In this document: positions 56,736-64,000 of the stretch, piece after piece
Layout: each line of letters begins with the position of its first letter
Numbering within the stretch: position 1 is the first letter of the stretch
From: Candidatus Dojkabacteria bacterium
GTDB taxonomy: Bacteria > Patescibacteriota > Dojkabacteria > SC72
Length of the DNA stretch: 64,000 nucleotides
Assembly: GCA_012842045.1 (NCBI GenBank)
Contig: DUTP01000005.1
Span: 11,332 to 75,331, forward strand
Direction: 5' to 3'
Made by a program: the position numbers and the translations under genes
Notes under the pieces: model-generated
Databases searched by the model: none
What the model was told of the DNA's origin: nothing
What the model saw: the letters and a program-made list of their open reading frames with translations, nothing else

Positions 56736-58142
56736 ATGAAATTGAAGAAACTTTCTAAAAAAGATGTTTTAACAATATCTTTGTTTTTAGTAGTTTTTCT
56801 TTTAACAATACCATTCGCTAAAGAATCCATAGGTAGATTTCTTGTTATTGAAACCTTTGTTCTTCTTTATCTAATAATATTTCTTTTTTATAGAAGCACG
56901 TTTCTTTCTTTTGTATTTTTACTATTTCTAGTACTACCATTCAATATCACATATCAGATACCTATACCTGTAGAACAAAGTATGTCTAACGGTTTGATAG
57001 TTAACTACTTAATTCCTACAATCTCCGTTTTAGATTTAGTTGTAGGAATATTCTTAACATCAGTATTTTTGCAAGAAGGTTTAGCTTTCTTTAAAAAAGT
57101 GTGTGGAAAATATAGACTAGGTTTGATTATATTTTTTGTTTTTCTTCTAATTCAAAATGTTTTTCTACAAAACTTATTAAGTATTTTAAACAGTGTAAGA
57201 CTATTCTCATATCTTTTAGCATTCATTTTGATATTAGAAAAATTTCCAATTAAGAAAAAAGTAATCTCCCCTACCCTGTTTTCAGTTCCCATCTTGTTTT
57301 CAGTGCTAGTCCAAGGAATTATCGGTTTAAAACAATTTGTAAGAGGAGTTTCTTTAGGTTGGAATTTTCTGGGAGAATCTCAAGTTTCAACTACAATGCT
57401 TGGTTCTAGTTTTATTAGTTTAAACTCAGGGTCTTTCCTTAGAGCTTACGGTACGTTCCCACACCCTAATGTTTTAGGAGGTTTTTTTCTTCTAACTTTT
57501 TTTGCTTCACTTTTTCTTTTTAAGATATCAAAAGGAAAGAAAAAATTTATTCCGATTATTACAATGATTCTCTCTGTAGGTTTTTCCTTTTTAACATTCT
57601 CAAGAACAGTTATAGTCCTCTTTCTTTTAGTACTGTTTGTATTATTAATTAAAAAAATCTTTGTTAAGAAAAAGATTAATAGTTTTTTACCTACGATTTT
57701 GTTTGAGAGATTTTTTCAAGGATTTAAAGAGATGGATAATAGTTTGGTTGATAGGAGAAATTTAATTAAATCTAGCTATATTGTTTTTAAGGAAAACTTT
57801 CTTTTGGGTACAGGGTTAGGCAATTTTGTTCGAGAGATGGGGATAAATGCACCTAAGACTGTAAAGGGGATGTCTTTGATGCAACCTGTACATAATGTTT
57901 TTTTGCTTTTATTATGTGAATTCGGTGTGTTTGGATTTTTATCTTTTCTGTTTTTAATATTTGATATTTTAAGGAAGAACATTAAGAGAGTGACTCTTTT
58001 TGGAGTCTTAATTTGCTTGGTTGTAATTAGTATTAGCTTAGTAGATCACTATTTCATATCCATACCTCAAGGTTTGATAATGTTTTTAACTATGTTCTCT
58101 CTTATAGTTTTTGAATCAAAAGCAAGGAGGTTGTTGAAGTGA
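56736..58142 (+). CDS. O-antigen ligase/Wzy-C family membrane protein
   Basis: RAYGTFPHPNVLGG, TFSR, GTGLGNF, QPVHNVFLL..CEFG. Confidence 0.88.
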   Translation: MKLKKLSKKDVLTISLFLVVFLLTIPFAKESIGRFLVIETFVLLYLIIFLFYRSTFLSFVFLLFLVLPFNITYQIPIPVEQSMSNGLIVNYLIPTISVLDLVVGIFLTSVFLQEGLAFFKKVCGKYRLGLIIFFVFLLIQNVFLQNLLSILNSVRLFSYLLAFILILEKFPIKKKVISPTLFSVPILFSVLVQGIIGLKQFVRGVSLGWNFLGESQVSTTMLGSSFISLNSGSFLRAYGTFPHPNVLGGFFLLTFFASLFLFKISKGKKKFIPIITMILSVGFSFLTFSRTVIVLFLLVLFVLLIKKIFVKKKINSFLPTILFERFFQGFKEMDNSLVDRRNLIKSSYIVFKENFLLGTGLGNFVREMGINAPKTVKGMSLMQPVHNVFLLLLCEFGVFGFLSFLFLIFDILRKNIKRVTLFGVLICLVVISISLVDHYFISIPQGLIMFLTMFSLIVFESKARRLLK

Positions 58143-58232
58143 TGGCGGAGAGAGTGGGATTCGAACCCACGGTATGATTACTCATACGAACGCTTTCCAA
58201 GCGTTTCCTTTCGACCACTCAGGCATCTCTCC
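58143..58232 (-). tRNA. tRNA-Ser (GGA), CCA encoded
   Basis: GGAGAGA...TCTCTCC-GCCA; AACGC-TT-GGA-AA-GCGTT. Confidence 0.95.
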
Positions 58233-58294
58233 AGAGCGTGAGAATTTTATCAAAAATTATTGATTTAATCTAGTAGGTGTGGTAGTTTGTAGGT

Positions 58295-58996
58295 ATGAAA
58301 AAACTGCTTAGCTTCATATTTTTTATCATACTTCTATTTTTCATTTTTACAGGAACAAAACAGATTTTTGTTGGAGCAAAGAGTTTTTTTAGCAAGTATA
58401 AGGAGGAGATAGTGGAAGAAGATTTGTCTAATATTGCTATTCAAAAGAAAAAGATTGAAAAAAAGAAGAAGGTTGAAGGTGTTATGGTTCCTCGTTATTG
58501 GAAGAATGGAGTTCAGGCAGAAGAGAATGATTACTTGAAAGGTTATGTTCCTTCTATTAGAGAATTTCAGAAGTATATCGCAATTAAGGACAATATTCTG
58601 TACGGAAGTGTTGAGGGAGTTGAAATGTTTCCTGATAGGAAACATTTATTATCGATGTTAACAAAAGCTAATACCATTTTCGTAGAAGGAATGGCAAATG
58701 AAAACAGCTATTTTGACTGGTCAGATGAAAATTGCTCTGTGTTTGAAAACGGTTTTGAAGGAGAGAAGATTTTTGTTTGTGATAATTGGGTAAATTGGAT
58801 GAAAAGAAAGATAGATGAGCCGTTTTTTGTTCTTACAGATTGTCGGATTGGTAATGAAATAGGAAAATGTGTATTTTTAGACTACACTAATGTATACTTT
58901 TTAGAGAAGAAGATTGAAGAAACTAGGTGTATGTCAAAAGAGTATGCTGAAGTATGTAAGGTTGAGAATTATAGAGAGAAAATTAGATATAAATAA
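58295..58996 (+). CDS. Hypothetical exported Cys-containing protein
   Basis: N-terminal hydrophobic anchor; six Cys in the C-terminal half. Confidence 0.75.
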   Translation: MKKLLSFIFFIILLFFIFTGTKQIFVGAKSFFSKYKEEIVEEDLSNIAIQKKKIEKKKKVEGVMVPRYWKNGVQAEENDYLKGYVPSIREFQKYIAIKDNILYGSVEGVEMFPDRKHLLSMLTKANTIFVEGMANENSYFDWSDENCSVFENGFEGEKIFVCDNWVNWMKRKIDEPFFVLTDCRIGNEIGKCVFLDYTNVYFLEKKIEETRCMSKEYAEVCKVENYREKIRYK

Positions 58997-59013
58997 ATTT
59001 TGAAAACTGTCCT

Positions 59014-60912
59014 ATGAAGAAAGCTTTAAGAGCTCTACTCCTCTCCTTTTTACTTCTTTTTACTTTTACAGGGGCATCTTTCGCAGCAGAAGAAAATAGT
59101 GTTGAGGCTAAAAACTGTATAGATATGGAGGCGTATTACGATGAGGTTAAAAACTCTAGCCAGGCACTAACAGGAGAGTCTCAAAGTTTTGATTCTATTA
59201 GAAGAACTGAAATGCTGACTACATTTTTAGATATTATCAGTGTTTTTGTTGGAGATGGAATTTACTGTATAAAGGACGAAACTGCAGCTGCAAAAACAAC
59301 AGCTTTTGAGTCTGATGGGCTTATTGGAATGTTGGAAAGTGGTAGTACATCTTTACTTGCAAATCTTCCGTATGTGGGGGTTGCAGACCACTTAGCCCAA
59401 GAGTTTGTCCCTGGCTATAAAGAGAACAACTCTGTTATGGCTATTGATGATGGTACTAGTACGGCTCCTGAAACCTGTTTCGACCCTTCTGGAGGTATGT
59501 GTCCTTGTGAAAAGAGTGTTTGTAGTGAATGCACTACTGATGAAGGTGAAGTATGTACCAACGAAGAACCTGAGTCTGGTAAGTGTGTTTTTAGAGGAAC
59601 AGATAAAACCTGTGCTTGTAATTCAGATCCAAGGTGTATTTCTGCAGAGGAAGCAAAGGGTGCTGAAACTGCTGGTGGTGTAGGAGAAAAGATTCGGGAA
59701 TGGATTTTAGATGCAATGTCAAAATATCTGGGTCTTGGTGGAATAGACTATAGGAAAATGAAGGAAGATGCTGCTCAGGCTGTAGAGGATAAAAGTGGTT
59801 TTGAGTATTTACATGAAAGTATTAGACTTAGTGCACTTTGGTCAGTTACACGCAATATTGCCTACTTGTTCTTTGTCATAGCCATGATAATCATAGGTTT
59901 TATGATTATGTTCAGGAACAAGATAGGTGGTCAGGTAATGGTCACAGTAAGTAATTCAATACCCCGCATAATAGTTTGCTTGATACTAGTAACATTTAGT
60001 TTTGCGATATCTGGCATCATGCTTGATCTTGGTAAGATGGCTATGAATATTGTTAGTAAAACTATGGCTAAGGCTCAGTATGAGGTGACAGGAGAGCCTG
60101 TTGCTAGTGTAGATATAGCCGGTGTTGGAAACCTCATGGACAGGGCGGTTTACGAATTGGAGGAAGGCGATAGAATTAGTTTAGATATTGCAGAAGATTC
60201 TAAAACAGAAGAAGAATTGAACGAGATTCTAAAAAAAGCTCATTATGATGAAATAGAAAATGACGATTCCTGGGTGGGTAAAGCAAAGAGTACTGCAGTT
60301 AAAATTTTATTACGTGCAAATCTGTCTCTTTTAACACATGCTCTAAAAGGGGCAAGAATAAGTGTTCCTTTTTTGGATATTGTAAAGAACATTGTTATAA
60401 CAGGGCTTGTAGAGATTCCTAACTTTTCTCGACTTCTTAAATCTGTACTTTTTCTCTTGATCGCGGCATTTGCCTCTTTTAAATTATTTATTACGATACT
60501 AACATCGTATGCTAAGATTTTTGTAAATGTTGTCCTGGGCCCTATTCAGATAGCTATGGGAGCAATACCTGGTAATTTTAATTCTGTCACTAGGTGGTTT
60601 AAAACAATCCTTTCAAATGTTCTCGTTTTTCCTACTATAGTTGCAATCCTTGAATTTGCGAAGTTTTTTGCATTGGCTATTAGGCCTGAAAAGTTTGTGT
60701 TCTTTGGTCAATCAGGAGTGTTTTTACCTGACGGCTTTATTAGTATAGGTGGGGTATTTTTCATAGCAGGTTATTTCTTTGCAGCCAATGCCCCAAATCT
60801 CATTAAGGGGATTATAAAAGTTGAAGAGGATAAAACAATGACAGCCGCAGGTGCTTCCGTTAAGGAGAGTATGTCGAAACTTCCTCTAATAGGTGGTATG
60901 TTTGGTAAATAA
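59014..60912 (+). CDS. VirB6/TrbL-like polytopic membrane protein with Cys-rich ectodomain
   Basis: Signal peptide; 10-Cys insert; W...RNIAY.FFVIAMIIIGFMIMFR...SIPRIIV.LILVTFSFAISG..LDL; further TM segments with GPIQIA...IPG...RWFK. Confidence 0.7.
   Translation: MKKALRALLLSFLLLFTFTGASFAAEENSVEAKNCIDMEAYYDEVKNSSQALTGESQSFDSIRRTEMLTTFLDIISVFVGDGIYCIKDETAAAKTTAFESDGLIGMLESGSTSLLANLPYVGVADHLAQEFVPGYKENNSVMAIDDGTSTAPETCFDPSGGMCPCEKSVCSECTTDEGEVCTNEEPESGKCVFRGTDKTCACNSDPRCISAEEAKGAETAGGVGEKIREWILDAMSKYLGLGGIDYRKMKEDAAQAVEDKSGFEYLHESIRLSALWSVTRNIAYLFFVIAMIIIGFMIMFRNKIGGQVMVTVSNSIPRIIVCLILVTFSFAISGIMLDLGKMAMNIVSKTMAKAQYEVTGEPVASVDIAGVGNLMDRAVYELEEGDRISLDIAEDSKTEEELNEILKKAHYDEIENDDSWVGKAKSTAVKILLRANLSLLTHALKGARISVPFLDIVKNIVITGLVEIPNFSRLLKSVLFLLIAAFASFKLFITILTSYAKIFVNVVLGPIQIAMGAIPGNFNSVTRWFKTILSNVLVFPTIVAILEFAKFFALAIRPEKFVFFGQSGVFLPDGFISIGGVFFIAGYFFAANAPNLIKGIIKVEEDKTMTAAGASVKESMSKLPLIGGMFGK
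59794..60059 (+). repeat. 266-bp near-identical direct repeat, copy 1
   Basis: Matches 62471-62736 with 8 substitutions by manual count. Confidence 0.92.
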
Positions 60913-60934
60913 AAATAAGTTTTGAAATAATTTT

Positions 60935-63634
60935 ATGAAGAAAATTCTGAATATCTTACTTCTATCTACACTTTTTCTTCTCTCTTCTTTCAGGGTTTCA
61001 TTTGCCGAGGAGTCAAAAATTATTAAAGAACAAAATGGAGGTGTGTGTATTGATCTGGCTGCATATTACGAAGCAGCTAATATGACCAGTCAAGCACTTA
61101 CAGGAAAAGAACAAAGTCCTCTTGCAACTAAAAAAGCTAGAAATATAGCGACACTGACAAATATAATTGGAATTTTAATGGGAGATAGTATTTATTGTGT
61201 TAATGATGGGGAAGCTGCTTCTAAAACAAAGATGTTGAAAAACCACGGAATTCTAGGTGCTTTAAATGGTTCTACCTATGCATTACTTGCAAGTACTCCT
61301 ACGGTTAGGGTTGGTGATCATTTAGCTCAAGAATTTATACCTGGTTATGGGGATAATAACAGGGCTTCTGCTGCAGATAAATATGTTTGGAATGACAATA
61401 ACTACGTATATTATTCAAACTTAGAAAAGGAGGTTAAGTGTGGAGATCTTCAAGGTATTGATATAGATGTATATAATTTCTTCAAGAATGATAAAAGATG
61501 TAAGAACAAAAAAATAGTAAATATCGAAAAGGGTTTGGGGGAAATAAATAAAGAAGATTTTGATGATCATTGTGGTGATAAGGAAAACTTAAGTATTGAA
61601 CACCAAAATTGTTTTTGGGACTATGTTGGTTATCCAGCTGATAAGAAGCTAGTGTGTGTGACTAATGCGTGGGGTAGAGAAAACTGTTCAATGGAGCCAG
61701 TAGGTGTGTGGGATAGTGTATGTTTAAATACATGTTTTGATGGTAACCATCAAGCTTATTTTCAAGCTTATTTGGATCTAGCCCATACTGAAGTAGAACC
61801 TCCAGTTGAAGGGTCTGAATGTCCTGAATATTGTGAGGTATGTGAAGACGTACCAGGACAAAATTTTAGAGATCTCGGTGACAGTGTGTTGGCATATAAT
61901 GGGGAGGGAAGAGATAAAGGAACTCAAGGAGGAACAATGCTTCAGTTAACACAGCAGGAACGCTTTGAGGCTGATCAGTGTGTTAAAAAATTAAAGGATG
62001 GTAATAGTTATAATAACTATTTAAACCTATTGAAAGAATTGGGCGTTGATTGGCAAGAAGGAGATAGTTATTGCTTTTCAAATAATTGGAATTCGCTAAC
62101 TGGTGCATCGGAAGCTGATTGTACACCACACTTTTCTAATGCAGATGTAGATTACTGTATACAAACATATTGTGAAACTGAAGCTTACAGAAAGGCAAAA
62201 GAAAACGAAGTAAGATGTGGTCGTCCGAATGTCAGTTTTTTCTTGGTACAACCAGATAAGTATTATGCAAGTGAATTAGAATGTCAGGCCGATCAAGAAC
62301 AGCGAGAAGAAGAAGTAGAACTCATGCAAGAGGCTATAGATTATAACACAAGCAATATGCTTGATAAATGGAAACAATGGTTGATAAATCAGATATTAAG
62401 TTATTTAGGTTTCGGTACAATAGACTACGCTGCGCTGGATGCACAAGCTCAACAAGCGGCAAACCAAGTTAGTGGTTTTGAGTATTTACATGAAAGTATT
62501 AGACTTAGTGCACTTTGGTCAATCACACGCAATATTGCCTACTTGTTCTTTGTCATAGCCATGATAATCATAGGTTTTATGATTATGTTCAGGAACAAGA
62601 TAGGTGGTCAGGTTATGGTCACAGTAAGTAATTCAATACCCCGCATAATAGTTTGCTTGATACTAGTAACATTTAGTTTTGCGATATCCGGCATCATGCT
62701 TGACCTAGGTAAGATGGCCATGAATGTTGTTAGTAATCGTATGCTTGAAGTTACGAATGAAGTCAAGGTAACAGGGACATCCGTTGATAAGGTAGATTTG
62801 GGTAGCATTGCAAATCTAACAGACCAGCTTTTGTATAAAGCACAACCTCAAGAAACGTCTGTTTTCTCAGGAAGGAACTATGAGGATGAAGTGGGGAAGG
62901 CTATAGATACTAACTTAAATGAGGAGGCGGGAAGAAGTAGGACATCTGCAAAATGGGTAGGTGAAACATCTAGTGTGATAATGAAAATATTTTTAAGATT
63001 AGGGGGCGCATTTTTACTTGGTTCCGCAAGGCAGGCAGATCTTTCTCCTGATGTGTTAACTTTTTTAGCACCCCTATCAGCGCTTGTCTTATCATGGATA
63101 AATCTTGGTTGGAAGCTGTTAATTATTGCATTTCAAATACCGAACTACTCTAGATTACTGAAATTGATAATCTTTTTAATTGTTGCTGTTGTTGCCTCTT
63201 TCAAGCTTTTTGTCACAATAATAACCACATATATTAAAATCTTTGCCAATGTTGTCCTTGGTCCCATCCAAATAGCTATGGGAGCAATACCTGGTAATTT
63301 TGGTTCTGTGGGTAGGTGGTTTAAATCATTAATTGCCAATATTTTAGTTTTCCCTACCATAGCTACTATCTTAGGTTTTGCTCAATTCTTTGCAGCTGCA
63401 ATAGAACCCCAAAAGTTTGTTTTCTTTGGTCAACAGGGGGTCTTCCTCCCCGATGGTATTATTACGATGCAGGGGGTGTTTCTAATAGCTGGTTGTTTTT
63501 TCGCAGCAACTGCACCGAATTTAATTAAAGGAGTTATTAAAATAGAGGAAGACAAAACCATGGCTGCTGCTGGTGATTCTATTAAAAAGAGTATGTCAAA
63601 GATTCCTATGATAGGGGGTATATTTGGTAAGTAA
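60935..63634 (+). CDS. VirB6/TrbL-like polytopic membrane protein with large Cys-rich ectodomain (paralogue of 59014..60912)
   Basis: Same architecture, with an 18-Cys insert. Confidence 0.7.
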   Translation: MKKILNILLLSTLFLLSSFRVSFAEESKIIKEQNGGVCIDLAAYYEAANMTSQALTGKEQSPLATKKARNIATLTNIIGILMGDSIYCVNDGEAASKTKMLKNHGILGALNGSTYALLASTPTVRVGDHLAQEFIPGYGDNNRASAADKYVWNDNNYVYYSNLEKEVKCGDLQGIDIDVYNFFKNDKRCKNKKIVNIEKGLGEINKEDFDDHCGDKENLSIEHQNCFWDYVGYPADKKLVCVTNAWGRENCSMEPVGVWDSVCLNTCFDGNHQAYFQAYLDLAHTEVEPPVEGSECPEYCEVCEDVPGQNFRDLGDSVLAYNGEGRDKGTQGGTMLQLTQQERFEADQCVKKLKDGNSYNNYLNLLKELGVDWQEGDSYCFSNNWNSLTGASEADCTPHFSNADVDYCIQTYCETEAYRKAKENEVRCGRPNVSFFLVQPDKYYASELECQADQEQREEEVELMQEAIDYNTSNMLDKWKQWLINQILSYLGFGTIDYAALDAQAQQAANQVSGFEYLHESIRLSALWSITRNIAYLFFVIAMIIIGFMIMFRNKIGGQVMVTVSNSIPRIIVCLILVTFSFAISGIMLDLGKMAMNVVSNRMLEVTNEVKVTGTSVDKVDLGSIANLTDQLLYKAQPQETSVFSGRNYEDEVGKAIDTNLNEEAGRSRTSAKWVGETSSVIMKIFLRLGGAFLLGSARQADLSPDVLTFLAPLSALVLSWINLGWKLLIIAFQIPNYSRLLKLIIFLIVAVVASFKLFVTIITTYIKIFANVVLGPIQIAMGAIPGNFGSVGRWFKSLIANILVFPTIATILGFAQFFAAAIEPQKFVFFGQQGVFLPDGIITMQGVFLIAGCFFAATAPNLIKGVIKIEEDKTMAAAGDSIKKSMSKIPMIGGIFGK
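62471..62736 (+). repeat. 266-bp near-identical direct repeat, copy 2
   Basis: Matches 59794-60059. Confidence 0.92.
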
Positions 63635-63650
63635 ATATACATATTTAATT

Positions 63651-64000
63651 ATGAATAAAAGACAACAACAAAAAAGTGTATACGATTCCGTTTTCGACTT
63701 TATCTTTTCTGTGCAACAGTCTGGAGAAAATAAACCTTTTCCTAAACCCCCCTCCTCTGCTGGTGTATATGCATCTTCTCTAATAGAAATAGGAACACAA
63801 CCAGCAATATATCCACTGGAATCTGCTTTTAGAACAATAAATGGGTATGTTGAGGGTCAAACACAGGTAGATCTAGGAGATGGTGTGTCTGTTAGTATGG
63901 GTTCTATCTTAAGAGGAGAAGGTAATAAAGATATAAAGAAGGAAATTTCTAAAAACAGAGCACGGGCTAATTTTGCCAGAATAGGAGGAAACTTACACTC
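63651..64000 (+). CDS. Hypothetical protein (partial, runs off window)
   Basis: Open frame from ATG 63651 (MNKRQQQKSVYDSVFDFIFS...) to the window end. Confidence 0.7.
   Translation, partial: MNKRQQQKSVYDSVFDFIFSVQQSGENKPFPKPPSSAGVYASSLIEIGTQPAIYPLESAFRTINGYVEGQTQVDLGDGVSVSMGSILRGEGNKDIKKEISKNRARANFARIGGNLH

Noticed and set aside
48638-58232. Similar tRNA-Ser copies as att sites bounding an island
   Set aside because: Both are complete tRNAs with different anticodons, and they enclose core origin genes.
1-64000. Many short antisense or nested ORFs in the track (e.g. 2438..2776, 4761..5198, 31301..31657, 48630..48830)
   Set aside because: They are shadows of well-supported genes or tRNAs on the other strand or frame.
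1-64000. CRISPR array, rRNA, IS/transposase or prophage
   Set aside because: No regularly spaced repeats, rRNA-like segments, transposase or phage structural genes were seen.
1-64000. Alternative genetic code (UGA=Gly, code 25)
   Set aside because: Genes such as the ppaC-like, FtsB-like and O-antigen ligase ORFs end cleanly at TGA, and long ORFs are intact under code 11.

Overview
AT-rich, gene-dense chromosomal segment that spans the replication origin (dnaN-oriC-dnaA / rpmH-rnpA-yidD-yidC-jag). Genes left of about 52 kb are mostly on the minus strand and genes right of it mostly on the plus strand. TGA is used as a stop (code 11). The gene content (tandem VirB2-like pilins, VirD4/VirB4-like ATPase, VirB6-like proteins, type IV pilus operon, many ORFans) points to a Patescibacteria/CPR bacterium, possibly Dojkabacteria; this is inference. 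Also present: polA 5' end, ftsH, efp, ppaC-like gene, smpB and tmRNA, UvrD-nuclease fusion, nfo, CIRCE-controlled hsp20, a GANTC-type restriction-modification pair next to tmRNA, and six tRNAs. Best leads: (1) a thioredoxin/CxxC-membrane fusion with an apparent internal signal peptide plus a partner gene, a candidate novel disulfide relay; (2) two VirB6-like paralogues with swapped Cys-rich ectodomains and a 266-bp near-identical cassette; (3) a roughly 205-nt rod-like ncRNA upstream of polA; (4) unusual translation parts: tRNA-Ile(UAU), an initiator tRNA with A29:U41, a 32-residue tmRNA tag and repeated leaderless-type promoters; (5) an atypical response regulator beside oriC. All assignments were made by eye and no searches were run.
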